64,000 bases of DNA, from NCBI GenBank assembly GCA_000934665.2, contig JYFJ02000643.1, positions 1 to 64,000 of the forward strand, in the 5' to 3' direction. Of this stretch, positions 50,021 to 64,000 are shown piece after piece. Position numbers and translations under genes: made by a program. The notes beneath the pieces were generated by a model that was given only the letters and a program-made list of their open reading frames with translations, was not told the DNA's origin and made no database searches. Every line of letters starts with the position of its first letter. Within the stretch, counting starts at the first letter, position 1. This stretch comes from Catajapyx aquilonaris (taxonomy: Eukaryota).

Positions 50021-50754
50021 TTTTCACTGGGAGAGCCCACATCCGGGCCTGTTATTCATGAAAATGGGTGCACCCAAAGCCTCTGAGTAGTTCATTCAAA
50101 CTTTCCGAAACTCAGGGGTGTGCATAAATTATCTCTGGCGACCCCCAGCGACTCGACGAATTTCACATCCAGCAGGGCTACCATTATTTAGAGGGAGTGA
50201 CGGCGTAGCTTTTGTATCTACTGTAAGGGCTAGGGGTCCATGCTACTTTATAATTTGGTGCAACTTTTCGGCTCAGGATAATCCTTACTGGGCTGTCAAC
50301 ACTGTTTGCAAAGCGCTGATGTTTTTGCCTTGATTGATAAAACTGCCAGATTAGTGTCAAGGATTACAAGTATATTCTCTTCGTTTTTCAAATTGATCTG
50401 TTGACTAAATAAGTTCTGTTCAGTGTTCGAGTCGGTTGTATTCAGCGCAATTGCAATTTGGGTAATTGTTTCAACATTCTTTCCACGTGTGGCTATACAA
50501 ACAGCTCCATATAATGACCTAGCTGATTGCTACACATGTTTGTCGGAGCAGCACGATTTCGTGAATCATATTCCTTTAGTAGAGCATAGTTTTTTTATCG
50601 GTCGGTTCTAAGGTCAGTCAGCTACTGCATAATCCGCATTAGAGATTATGTAACCTCGCTGATAATAATTCAAATGGGAAATTGCAGATTATATGTAAAC
50701 TTGCTTGTTATTAACCGAGAAGTTTCCTTGGAGGGTTTAGATCAACGTGAAGTT

Positions 50755-53576
50755 ATGATCGGGCAAGTTTGGAGCTGGTTTTATCAGGCGATCGGAGTTT
50801 CAGCGTTAATTTCAGTGCTGGTGTGGACATGTCTTTATTTGTACTCGCACACAGTATGGTATCAGAGATCAATGAAAATACCACAGCCAATAGGACTACC
50901 TTGGATTGGGTGCATACCATATGTAATCAACGTTAACATTGACGGTACGTAATTGCTACATCAGTTGTTACACCATAACAGTAATCCTACATATGAATAT
51001 GTTTTTCTGTCCGAGCAGAAGTTCGTGACCTGATCTGGTGCCTTTCTAAATGCGGTGAAAGACACCAAATTGGAGCCATTCGGATTGGACCTCGATACTT
51101 TGTGGCCCTCTGTTCTGCCGAAGCTGTCGAGGTAATAGCTTCTTTTGCCAATAATAATAATAATTGTTCACAGGAGTACTACATGCTAGTTGAAACGAAA
51201 AATATGAAGACGCACTTGTCATTTTTTTTGGACATATGGATGTCAAAAAGGTCACATCAATTGTAAATTGAGTTCGCAACTCATCAATTTGACTTTTACC
51301 TACACTTTAAAATGATTAGAGTAATACAGTATGTAGTACAATATTGGTATAGTAGACTTTATTGCGATTAGCAAAATGCACGATTAATATTTCAGGCACT
51401 TCTGAGCAGCAAAGAATTTATCGAGAAAAGCAAGGAATACAAATTCCTTCATCCATGGCTTGGAGAAGGACTGCTAACAAGTACTAGTAAGTAGTACACT
51501 TTTACATTTTCGCACAAGTGGCAAGCCATAATTATTACCCTAAGATATAGGAAATTTGTCACCAACAGCTAGTCAACAGTATTAGCCTACAACTAACAGA
51601 GAACTGGACTATAAAGTCTATCGGAGAAAAGCCATACTTATACTATGTTTTATACTTTGTACTTAGCAGCTAATAGGTCACTGACAGTGTTATCTCACTG
51701 CTTCCTATAATATTGTTGCTGAAAATTACTCTGGACTTAAATCCGCCTTGAGATAAAATTGCGTTAATATAATAATTTCAGGTTCCAAGTGGTTTCAGAG
51801 GAGAAAGATGTTGACTCCTGCATTTCACTTCAAAATTCTGGAAGACTTCATGGACGTCTTTAACGAGCAGAGTCGCGTGATGGTGCAAAGCCTTCAGAAA
51901 GAAGTTGGACGACCAGAATTCAACATAGTACCGTACGGTACCTTGGCCACTTTAGACATCATATGCGGTACCGTGACACTTTTCTTGCACATTAACATGC
52001 GCTGTAACATTACATTTTGGCGCAGAGACTGCTATGGGACAATGTATCGCAGCCCAATCCCAGCAAGACTCAGAATACGTCAAGGCCATTTATAGGTATG
52101 GGGGGAAAAAACATATATTCTATATAGTCTATACTACAGTATGTGGTGAAAAAATAGTTACAATATTCTTCTCTTGATCTGTTGGTTCCAGAATCAGCAA
52201 ACTTATCCAGTATCGACAGGCCCGACCGTGGATACATCCAGATTGGATCTACAGCCTCACATCTTGGGGAAGAGAGCAGAAGAATTGTCTTCAAATACTA
52301 CATGGATTCACCAAAAAGGTCAGAGTTGTCCGAAGCACTCTGGAGAATTATTTTCTAAATTTTGTTTTTTTTTGAAGCAGGTTGTCCAGGACAGAGTGAA
52401 AGAACGTGCTGCAAAAAGAGCGTCCAAAACGGATGAATTCAATCATAACGATGTTTCTGACAATGGTAACGGGTATATATTTCTTTTGTCGGTTGTCTAT
52501 TTAAAAGGTGCGATTTCAGATGGGAGGAAGCGACGACTTGCATTCCTGGATCTGCTAATTAAACAGTCTGAAAATAACAGTCAATTTACTGAGAAGGACA
52601 TGTGTGAGGAAGTTGACACTTTCATGTTCGAAGTAAGTTAAATTACAACTGATATTATAAGAGGTCAGGATATGTGATCATCATGTATCATGAGTTCAGT
52701 TGAATAACATGTTGATTCCTTTCTCTGGGTCAGGGTCACGACACTACAGCTGTCGCCTTCTGCTGGTGCCTCTATTTTCTTGGAATGATGACCGAATGTC
52801 AGGTATTGACCTGGAGTACATGACAACTAACCCTATAAAACATTATAGTACATGTCATTGCCACTGTGTACACTTATTTCCCAACCGTGTTTCTCAATAA
52901 TTGAAATTTTTCACTGCAGGATAAAGTTGCGGAGGAACTTCACGACATATTTGGAGAATCGGATCGTCCGGTCACATCTTCTGACCTGACCCAAATGAAG
53001 TATCTAGAAATGTGCCTGAAGGAAGCCCTGCGACTAACACCAAGTGTACCAATTTTTGGTCGAATTGTCAAGAAGGAGGTTCAAATACGTACGTCCTAGT
53101 ATTGCTACTTTAATCTGTCATTGTTGCTGTCATTGTTTTCCTTGTTCAAATCAGTGGACACCGTTATTCCGGCTGGTACATCAGTAGCGGTTGTTCCGCC
53201 TTTGCTTCATCAGGACAAGAGGATGTTCCCTCGCCCAGAGATATTCAATCCGGATAATTTTCTACCGGACAGAGTGCAACGACGTCATCCGTATGCGTAC
53301 GTACCGTTCAGCGCCGGGCCTAGAAATTGCATAGGTACAATATAACTAGCGGGTAAAAATATATACTTAAAATAATAATATCTGTTCCCCCCGCATTCTA
53401 TAGGCCAGCGTTTTGCACTGATGGAGGAAAAGGTGCTGTTGTCCACATTTCTGCGGAAATACCGGATTGAAGCATTGGATCATCCGGAGGACATTGTAGC
53501 CTTGACGGACTTGATCTTTCGACCGAAGGATGGACTTCGAATGCGGATCTATCCTAGGACACATCGCACACAATGA
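50755..53576 (+). CDS. Cytochrome P450, CYP4 clan, 521 aa, 12 exons: 50755-50944, 51019-51131, 51396-51486, 51782-51967, 52026-52095, 52192-52318, 52381-52465, 52520-52632, 52734-52802, 52920-53088, 53155-53334, 53404-53576
   Basis: [56 protein letters not shown]; 1566 nt in frame; intron positions match the upstream paralogue. Confidence 0.95.
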
Positions 53577-53623
53577 AGTGCATGATGCAACTATTGCAAA
53601 CTATAGAGTTAAGACACTGCGCA

Positions 53624-53670
53624 GGGTGAGAATTACAAGGTTGTAACTTACAACCTTGTAATTCTCACCC
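53624..53670. repeat. Perfect hairpin, 23-bp arms with a 1-nt spacer
   Basis: gggtgagaattacaaggttgtaa-c-ttacaaccttgtaattctcaccc. Confidence 0.95.
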
Positions 53671-53712
53671 CGCGACTGCTCCAGCTGTCGGACAATCTTT
53701 TGTACGTAAATA

Positions 53713-54120
53713 GAGTGGTGCCTCATACTACTTCGAACTCAATTAGTTCCAGGAGGACGTTCCAACTCGGAATATATTGTTCAAAGTCCGAATCAGTTTT
53801 CCTAATACGAAATAATGGAAAGTGAATTAATCCGTTCCCAGACCTTCTTGGCTTGGGAGTCCATTATGCATTATTCCATTATGCATAACTAAACACACCA
53901 AAAAATAAACCGATAAAAGTACTGAAAAGTGAAAACAAACTAGATGCTTTCACAGCGAGAGCAAAAGACGACTTGGGCGCACAACAGATTGCGTTTACGC
54001 AGCGAGCGCATTTTTCACTACCCGCGCAGTTTGAACTTATAGAAGCATTGTTCCAACTACGATATTTCTCTCGGATTTAGGATTCGAACTCTGGAACGTT
54101 CAAAGTACGAGGTTCTAGTG
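53713..54120. mobile_element. Degenerate Tigger/pogo-like MITE
   Basis: TA flanks; left gagtggtgcctcatactacttcgaac vs right reverse complement cactagaacctcgtactttgaac; internal ttc(g/c)aact repeats. Confidence 0.5.
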
Positions 54121-56035
54121 TAATAATATGATAAGCTGACATGAAAAATATTATTCATATTAATGATCAAAAAATATAAAGGATACATTATAACTATTTC
54201 GAGTAGTCTGCTTCTACATTTTCAGATGTCTTGAAAATGACACCGTCACATGATGTTATTAAAATTTCAATAATGCATTATTTAATTTATTTTGACGACT
54301 CCAAGGATGGTTTTGAGAAGCGTGGGCAAAGGATTTCCCCATCAGTTATTAACAATATCCTTTCCTGTTGAAAGAGCATCCAATTAGCAGCACCTTCTCC
54401 GCTACATGTTGGTATTATCCTGTTACTAGGTAACTGTACATCAAAAGATACGATTCAAAGAGGGCGTGTCTATACAGCATCACATTTCCCTAACTTTTTA
54501 TAAGCAAGGCACCAGTGCCTATACATGTGCCACAAATCCATAACTGAGCAGGTTTTCATGAAAACGTTAAAATTTCTTAGCAGGGAAACAAATATTTATG
54601 CGCGATAAATTCTGAATCCATTACGCAGAGTTTCATAATAATTCGGAAAAATATTATTGTGAAACACCATTTGGATATGAACTGCAACAGCAATCTTATT
54701 TGATGTCCTATTTAAGTACGACGCACTTTATAAAGCAGAAGTCCATTACGTAATGGAAATCTCCATTATTGTCTTTTTTGACGACTGTGCCAGGTACACA
54801 CCTGTCAAAGCTCACATAGAATAAGCTTAGAAAGAAATGGCAGGTAACGACGAGACATCTCCTTCCTATAAAGCTTGAAAGCGTCTTCCTTCTTTCTGTG
54901 TGAGAATCGGCCAACGAAAGGCCTTCCGACTGACTTTTTTGTTGTTGTTCCTCTGCACCAAAAAAAAAAACCTTCATGGTCTTACTATGAGACACCCTAT
55001 GGCTTCAGCATCAAGGCTAGCTGAAGCAGGATTTCCAGAAATCCCACATCAAAAGGAGCACCAACAGCACAAAGCATTGCTCTGCTCTGCCAGATTTTTC
55101 TTCTACCCATCTCTTTTTCCCTATAAGCCCAAGTTGTCCAGGACAGACTCAAAGGTGCGCAGGACAAAAGGGGACGTCCTCTATTCGCTCCAGATATAAT
55201 GAACAAGGTCTCGTTTTCAATCTGCTCCTTAAAAAATACTCAAAATCCCAGCACTCTCATATGGCAGAACAGCGGTTTGCACTTATACCTGGCAAGCTTC
55301 AAAAAAAAGTATCAGGTTTGAAGCACTGGACCTGATCCTAGTGATACAAAAAAAGTTCCAAAATTTTACAGGATACCTGCCAGTTAGTTTGCGAAAATGT
55401 GAGGCAGCATGTCCCCTCTCATCAAGGACTATAATTACTTTATTAGCGGCGGAGAGGATTTAATGGGTCCCACTAATTGCAGGATGATGGACGCAGCAAT
55501 TTTTTTTGTCACCTGATATTGCCAGTTGCTCCAATTAAATGCGGAAAATAGCTAAACAGCTATTGAAAAGTAGCAGCGAAGACGATTTTTATAAACAGCT
55601 CAAATTTAACAAAATTTGGGTACTGGTCGCTGTTGTCGAACCTTGTTTTTGAATGTTTTCTACGCCGCAAATGGCCCAGCTCATTACGAGCAATTGCGTA
55701 ACAAAGCCACCCGAGAAGCTAATGGGTAACGGGGGCTTTGTTAGCTGCTCAGGTTCTGATGGGGGATGGGGCCTCAAACGAGAGACCATCAAATCAGATC
55801 TTTGTCGCACGAATAATTGCCTCATTAGCCTTACAGAAGAACGACCACCAGGATTGGACCAAGGTTTTTGAGTTACTATTTCAGAATGCTCATAATTGAT
55901 TTTTAGTGTAGTACCATCGCAATTGTTTTGCTGGTAACAACAAGAATACAAAAATTAGACGCTCAGTATTGTTAATCCTGGGCAACAAAATCGTAGCCCT
56001 ATTGTTAACCCTATGCAACACAACTATTGTTAACC

Positions 56036-56420
56036 CTATAGTGTATAGCAAAGCAGGGAGCATAATATTACACTACATAAGAGGCGCAAACATTCGATTT
56101 CCGTGTCTCTCTGTTTGGGGCGTTGCCAAGGCTGGCGGCATCTTGAAGTGTGGGGAACGCCAACGAGGTATAAATAGGGTACAGGCAAAATAGGGTCCCC
56201 CATCTTTGATTCGCGCGTGTTCTTGCCGTGTAGTTGCCATGGCCGCCAAAACCATCAAAGATGGCGGACCCTATTTTTGCCTGTACCCTATTTATACCTC
56301 GTTGGCGTTCCCCACACTTCAAGATGGCCGCCAGCCTTGGCAACGGCCCCAAACAGAGAGACGCGAACATCAAAGGCGCCGACAGAAGTTTTGCGCCTCT
56401 ATATGCTCTCTGCCCTATAG
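56036..56420. mobile_element. Foldback element (~130-bp core arms) set within a tattgttaaccctaggcaac-type repeat
   Basis: ~56105-56210 is the near-perfect reverse complement of ~56254-56362; flanking repeat units at ~55967, 56000, 56026 and 56431. Confidence 0.85.
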
Positions 56421-56504
56421 GCATCAAACATATTGTTAACCCTAGGCAACAAAATTTTGCCCAATGATTTTTAGGAGCTTAGAATGACGTCACATGTCAA
56501 TTTC

Positions 56505-56832
56505 GCTTTCCTGGTTAGTTTAGTAACTAGACGCTAGTGTTTTCGTCCGTGTCCGTGAGTCCGTGAAGTCGTTGATTTGAAGCGATAAAACGTGCGGAAG
56601 GCACAGGTATCGCTTTCGACCCAAATTCCCGTCGACAAAGTGTCCGATAATTTGCCGAAAGCGATCCCTCCCGAGTAAGTTAGCCACAAATCCGGATAAT
56701 TACGGGGTTGGGGAAAAGGGAGGGGATGTTCCGGAGCTCCCCCACCCCGTAAAACCAGGGACACCTGACGACGCTAACGGATATTCCGGTTGAAAGCCTA
56801 TTGTGGCGAAGCCTAACGGGTCTCGCGATAGC
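56505..56832 (+). mobile_element. Possible non-autonomous Helitron/Helentron-like element
   Basis: gtccgt micro-repeats near the 5' end and a ggcgaagcc...cggg...tag 3' motif; recognition only. Confidence 0.3.
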
Positions 56833-59800
56833 AATAATTGAGCGATTGTCTGGGATGATAAAATGGAAGACGTTTGCTATACATTGTTGTGTTGAGCGGA
56901 CTACAGGGTGGTACAGTAAATTGTTGCTTCAGGTTTGTATTTACGGTTTATAGTTGACATAAAAAAGTGATTTTCAGGATCCCAGTATCGGTTGGCTTAA
57001 TGTACCGTATTACCATGAAGCGGTTTGTTATACGGTTGAACCGGTGCAATGTAATAAAACCGGATTAATTTTGAGTGAGGAAGGACCAACGGGGTGGTGT
57101 CAGATTATTATTCCACCAGTGCTCAGCTTTAATCAAAACATTATCATAATTTCCGTTGACATCACAAAAATTCTGGGCGTATATAGTCGACTAATACCAG
57201 TTTTAGATGCTTATTGCGTCCCATTTCTGCTCCATTTCTTTCTCTTTCGTATAATATACCACCTGCAAAAGCAGCCAGCAAAAGCGATTAATTATTGGTG
57301 AAGGCAGTTTCGAAATTCAGTTGTGAACGTGAGCTGCGTTTGATGAACTTCCACTTAACAGTTGAAGAAAAAGCATTTTCGGGAGAGGTGAAGTGCCACA
57401 CTTGCCAGAATCGACGTTTGCTTCAAGAGAAATGGTTTTGTATCGAGCACTCCGGCCACTCCCCCTTTTTGGTCTCGGATTCATCGGAAATTTCTCACAA
57501 CTTCTGCGCTTCCACTTTCCGTCGGTTCCAACACTTTGATTCAAACTCAGGTTCAGATAATGAGCTAACTCGTTAATATCACACCCGCACTTATTGGAGC
57601 AGTGAACTGACATCAGCTTACATAATGGTCATATCAGTCAAATTTAAAATAAAAAATTTTCCCCATAAAATTCAGTTTCTGACTGTAATGTGGCCAGTAA
57701 GCGGATTAGAGAAACGCAATTTAAATTACTTCATGACCTGTAATAAGCAGTAAATTCAGGCAGATACGCCAGGTTCCGACATACACAAAGTGCTCCAAAC
57801 TCGTAAGCAAATGCTCTTAGCCCAGACCCTAATTACTTGCCGGCTAACTTACGAGGATTTCCATAACTACGGGAACAGTCACTTTCAAACAGGGCTTCTA
57901 TAGTCCTGCCAGCCTGTTGTTCCACTTTCAAAATCTAGGAAGAGGTTGCTACTATTCTAGGAAGCCTAATTGAAAGCCTGAAGGGAAGTTCAGTTAGGCA
58001 TACATGTTACAGTACGTGGCTCACTTACCAAATAAACAGCCAGATTTTTCCTCTTAAATGACTACTGTAATTGTGGCTACCATTATTGTCCTTACCTTAG
58101 TTGGCATAGGAAATTGTAAAGGAATCCCAAGAGATACCTAATTGGTTTTGGAAAGGCTTTGATGAACTTTATGCCAACATCTGTAACTACATATTGGGTG
58201 CCAAAAGGTGCTGCAGGAGAATCATATTTTTTGACCACTTTTTTTTTGCTCCAATCATCACATTAGCGTAGCACATTACGTCTCGACTGATTTATGCGAT
58301 GTCATTAGCCGCCACTCTCTCACCTAACATTACAGCAGAGTCACCTACCCGGACAAGTTTGCAGTCCGGATCAAAGGGATGAGTTATGGACTTCGAGCCC
58401 TTAACGCCCTGCTAAGCCACAGATTAATGGTTCCGGATGACCTGTTGGATAACATGTCTTTTTCGGCGAGAAATGTCTCCTTACACTTTTCAGCAAATCC
58501 TGGAAATTTAATCACGTTCCTAGACACTCACGCTCGGGGAAAAAAACACAAGGTGAAAAGTGTGCAGAGGTCCGTAATTAAAAGGTCTGGACGTCCAACT
58601 TTTTGCCAAACTGTTTGATTGAATCAACCGGAGTCCAGACCGCGACCCGGACAATTCCTAGGGATGTCAGAGACCATTGAAATTTTTTTTATTTCCCCTG
58701 GTCGTCATTGGATCAAGCTGCCCTTGGCAACTTCCCATATTTTCATGCCCATGTAGGTTTGCGGACGGTTTTTTTTAAAGGACCGGATTTATAGTTTCAG
58801 GGATTTTTTTACTGTTGAAAAATAGCATGGATGTTGGTGATCAGTAGAACAGATAATTAGCAAATTTCTGCCTGAAGTAAATAAGAGAAAATTTTGCAAC
58901 AGATAATTTCCTGATTACAAACCCAACTTAATGCATTACTTCCTGTCCTTGTTTTTGGAAGCCGTTGTTACTAAAAGGTTCATCAGTAAGCACAAAAAAA
59001 AAGAAGCGATGTCTGCTCTACGCCGATGGCTGTCTACAGTTTTAAAAAAAGTAATCAATCACGAGTTTTCCCGATGTATTGACTGTTCTTCACTCGGCGA
59101 GCAAACACGCCTTTCTTCCTTGCATTTTAAATCCCTACGGCCTACTTCTACGACTTCTATGCCAGACATCTACGCTTCAATTTGTTTAAAAATTTGGGAA
59201 CTACGGGCCATTACTTAACACATTTCAGTTTTTTCCCCAGGCTTGTCATCCGAACTGTGGAAAAATCTCTGACTTTGGACGAAATTAAAATCATTACCAT
59301 TAAAAATATTTTGTTATTTTAATGTGTGTGTATAACAAGTAGTTCATGCTCTCTGGTATAATTTATGGTAGGCCTACCTGGTAACCTGGTATGGTATTTA
59401 ATATTTATTTGTATTTACATCTTACCTACAGGGTGTCCAAATGTTAAGCTAATTGTTCTTTTTACACAATACCTGACAATATGTCCCTTTTAGTAAGTAC
59501 AGAGTGTAGTAGACCCACTTGCCACGTTCCTATTAATCAGGATGCGACCCTGCAGGCGATGCATAATTGCTCATGACATCACAGTGGGTGGGAAAGTTTC
59601 GGTGAGTGGAAAGGGTGGGTACCCGAACCCAAAGCAACCTATATACATACTGATGGGTGCCGTGCAGTGAAATGCAGCTTCGAGAACTGGTGGAAGCATC
59701 CAGTGAGGAGCAAGCAAAACCATCGATCCCTGGTACTATAGCTTGCGTCGAGCCAAAACCGAGTTGGATTGACGCCGACGGTAATAGAATTTTCGCAGGC

Positions 59801-62800
59801 ACGGAAGCAACACCCAAGCTAAAGGATATAATCTGGCGGATCCAACAAAGAGACCAAACTTCCAACAAATTTTTTGGGGGAAATAATCGAGGCATGACGC
59901 AACATTACATTCAAATGATTGGAATGCAAAAAAACCAACACATGTGCAATTACGTAATAGATCAGTAGGTAAAAATAGTTTACGACTGACATGCTTTTAG
60001 TCCTTCCAGTGTATTGGGTCCCAAAAGGAGCGTGACTACTCCAAGGATGCCTTTTCCAGCTTTTATTCCTAGCTGTTCGAGACGGAAACAGAGTAAGTAA
60101 TACCCTTAAGAGCCGATTCCAACACTTAACACACTCAAACTTTGGGGGCTCATAAAAAAGGGTGATTCCATTTTCTTCTTCTAAAGATAAGAAGTTTTGG
60201 GAGCTTAAGATTTGTTTTTGAGCGACAATCCAGCAGTACGAGATGCGCGTGTATGGCGCCAGATAAGACGATGTCTTTACTGGAAAACACATTTTGGCCA
60301 CTTCTGAAAGGCCTTGACATCTAGACGACTCAATATCAACATTTTAGTGTAATAATATCAGAAATAAGACGTATAGTATTTAACATCTATAACTTAGTTA
60401 AATAAACTGCTAATTTTAACAATATATGGGCATTTCAAAAATGATAAATGAATCGATATTGCATCAATATATCGAAAAATCGAACTTACGTGACCTTCAA
60501 AGGTCATCTTTAAAAGCGTATTCTGAACCAGTAACAATGTAAGCTAATCATTTTGGCCTTGGCAAACTAAGCTTCCACTTCGAAAATAATTAAAACTAGA
60601 GCTATGCCCTCTCATTTCAATTACTCTTTGAAACTGGATGAAAAAAAACGCTCGGAGATGAGCCCTCCTAGCTTTATTTTTGTAACTGAAAAAAAGCAAG
60701 TGCTTTTTTGAAAATTAGCTCTTTGTCCATCCATGCCAGATAATTACAGCAGTGTTGCAAATGCGACTTGCAACGCTTCAAATGCGTAGTAATCATTCAC
60801 TTTTTTTATAGACACTCTTGCCCCGGGGTCTCACTCCTCGTTTTATTTTATAAATTATGTCAACACTACTGGTGCGCACGTTTTGTGGAGAAATTTACTG
60901 CCGAGCAATGCAATATAATACCGGTGCGGTGGTGAAAGCGATGTGCCGCTGCATGAAATGCTGTTTTTATGTGCGCATTATTTCAACAGGTGATAACCAA
61001 ACGGCCCAAACATTACAAGTCTATAAAACTAGGAACATGCGTATTTACTTTATAGACGTGGATGTTCTCCTATTTGTTCTGTATATTTATTTTCCAATGG
61101 GTCTAGTTTTGCACGCAATTGATTGCACTGATTGACTTGTAGTAGTGATTTTATGTTGATTTAAGCTGCTATATTCAAATCAACAGAAAATCACTACAAG
61201 TAAATATCTGATATTTCACTAACTTTCAGATAATTCAAAATACAAATATGCAATTTTTCTTCAATTAAAATTAATCACATGGACAGAAAATTGTCTCAAA
61301 TATTAGCTTTAATATACAAAATTAAAAGGGAATAACAATATTAAAAATATATACTGAATAATAATATAAAAATGTGACATTGCTAGAAAATTCATTGCAA
61401 GTCTTAAACGATTTTTGAAGAAAATAACCCCCACTCACACGAGGATAAAACCAACCGAATGGAACTTGAAAGACGTCCTCTTACACAATTATTATTTACT
61501 AAAGAAAAAGGGCTGCAATTATTTCGGGGCTAACCGTTAGTTACCTGCCATTTTTAACGGCCACCAAACTGCGCCGGCAATGTGCGGTCTTATGCCAGAA
61601 AGTTATGGAGGTTATAAATCTCTGTCCAGCCCCCCATGAAACAGGACACCCAGATGACATTGGACGTACTTGAACATTTCCCCCATCCTCAAACCCACAG
61701 CTACAAAATGCCCTGTATTTAATGCTCGGGCCATTTTCTTGTCGCCTGGTTTGCAACGAGTCCCCCCCCTTTTGTAGCACACAGGAACGTAACGATCGGG
61801 ATGCCTTCACATTGACAGATAATATAGGATGTGGAGATGTACAGTACAAAGAGAATGTTACCGCTCACCGGAAACCTATACAAGTGCCTGGAGTTACGTT
61901 TTCCCAAGCCAAAGCCATTTGCAGCCGCTTGTTATTTTAGCTTGGCTTTTGGCTAGATTTCAGAGGGGGTTATTCACAGTGTTGAAGATCCTACCTTTTT
62001 GGCGGGTGTAGCACAAACTGTGGTAATGAGTAGACTCGGTTATACCGCAGTAAGTTATTCATAGTATGGCATCAGCTCACAAACCAGTATTGTAATTATG
62101 CGCAGTATTTCAGCGAATGGCAACGTTGTACTGTACGTGCCGTTTGAATATTCCCATGAGATATTCAGAATGTGTGTAGAGAGGTCTCTTCATCTCGTTA
62201 ACATGCAGCAGAAATGGACATTGCCATCATTAGCGGATTAAAAATCTATGACATTTAATGTGCGGTACGGGGGAATAAAAATTACGCGACGTGATGTGTG
62301 GGAGTTATTATAAAGCAATGTAAGGGATCCATACTGCATCGATTTTTTTGGGGAGAAGTAATGACCAAAATAGTGAGCACGTACTGTGATAATGCGAATA
62401 TTATTGTCCCATAGGACACCAAAAATTAAAATGTGAATTTAATATGACCACTGCCAGTTGTGAAAGTGATTTGTCATCATATGGTTTTGTAGCAAGATTG
62501 AATAAACTGTGTCATATCTGAAGTTAGGCAATACCAGGTTCATGATGACATTCGAATGTAATATTGCATTTCAAAAATAAAATCTTGTTTAATGTCTTCA
62601 GAAAAAGTGACACGTATAATATTGCCCTGTATCATTTTCAGCGAAGAAAATGAGTTAAAAATGTAGTTTAACCAATAACATTTGATGGGAGTTTAGAGTG
62701 AATGATGACTCCTGACTTAGCAATATCTCAACATGCTAAGTATTTTATAGACTTGCATAATTTCACGCTCTTAATTAAATATTTGAATATGTGCTTAAAT

Positions 62801-64000
62801 TTTTTATTTAAAATGCAACAACACCTGCTTAGGGCAGAAGTAAAATGGAAAATCTTTCATCCTATAAGAAAGCTCCTTTGCATGTTTCTGCTTTTCGGAC
62901 TGGCCTGAAAAGTTATAATCCGGCTCCCCATTATTTCTCTATTTATTTTGAATACATACAACTCACATGCAGATTGTAAATTACATTACTCACATTATTC
63001 TCAAAATTTTAACATGTTCGCAAAATAACAGCTACGTCGCACTTGTTGGCTGCAACAAAAAAAATCCCTTTTTCTGTCTCACCTTCGTTACTTCGTTAAC
63101 TGGATTAATGTATTCATTTCATGGCGCATTTCGAAAAACTAGCTAAAATTTGCTACCTCACCGCCCTTGCCTCATGATTAATGAGCAGAGAGCCCGGGTC
63201 GCAATTGTTGGACCGTGAAATCATCTCCCACCAGACTGACTTGATTAAAAAGAAAGGCAGACCAGTGAAGAAAACATCTGCGATATGCACATTTTTTTCC
63301 CCCTCCTTGGTTAACAAAAAAAAAAAAGCTAGTGACAGATTCCTACCGTCCTTTCAATTACCGAGATCCGTTTTTCATTGTTGCCCAGTTTTTGTGGCGT
63401 GTGTTCTGGTTGTATCAGGTGGAATGGAATGGGTTTAGAAGAAGAAAAAAAAAAAAGAGTGATTGGCCAGCAGCTAACAAAAGGAAACTTTCGCTAATTG
63501 GAGGGACAGGCCTCAAAATGAACTTTTATTTCCGCTCAATTTACCAGTTTCCAAGTGAAGCCACAAGATAAATCCAGAGTTAGCCCTGGAGTAAACAGGG
63601 GTTTATCCTTGCGATAATATGAAGAAGAAAAAAGTCGAACAGATTGACACAGTGTTATCTTTGAATGATTGGGTTGTAAGAAATCTACTTTTTTCCGTAA
63701 AATGACTGTTAAAATTTATCCACTATAAGTAAAGCAATACAGAGAAAAATTCAATCATTATTTTTCGACAACTCAACTCCAAAAGTGACGGTAAAAATCC
63801 GGAACAAGAAAATCCTACAAAACTTGGCTTGATGCGTTATAGACACTAGCGATAAAAACTTTTCTTTTTTAAAAAATATCTTTCTTCCAATAATGTAACC
63901 CAATCCTGTGCTCGATAATTCGATCGGGGTTTTAATTAAAGTTGATACTTCAGTGTTATAGTAGATCAGTGCATGATTTACACTTAATAACTCTTTACCT

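Noticed and set aside
56068..56467. Cluster of ORFs on both strands with repeated peptides
   Set aside because: Artefact of the foldback symmetry
61135..61201. Small imperfect hairpin (acttgtag...gttgattt / aaatcaac...ctacaagt)
   Set aside because: AT-rich, short and without context; probably a tiny MITE remnant that I cannot support further

Overview
Eukaryotic, intron-containing DNA, very likely arthropod (variant ionotropic receptors, CYP4 clan), with no prokaryotic features. In order: (1) three SPOP-like MATH-BTB units at 1.2-9.0 kb; the first two appear to splice in frame into one 725-aa tandem (MATH-BTB)x2 protein. (2) A minus-strand C2H2 zinc-finger gene with a minisatellite-like finger array, a 1-nt frameshift, a finger hidden behind a TAG, and a perfect 130-bp palindrome downstream. 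(3) A tandem array of divergent ionotropic chemoreceptor (IR) genes at 18.6-42.1 kb: two intact copies, one whose only lesion is an in-frame TAG, one with a 2-nt frameshift, one deletion derivative and an older relic. (4) Two 12-exon CYP4 P450 genes at 44.6-53.6 kb. (5) Many non-autonomous DNA transposons (Sola-like, Kolobok-like, Tc1/mariner/pogo MITEs, foldbacks) and SINE-like elements, including a 5.8-kb nested stack whose empty site is visible in a paralogous repeat. I could not assign a gene in 54-64 kb. All exon boundaries were read by eye from GT/AG signals and reading-frame continuity; family names come from motif recognition, not database searches.
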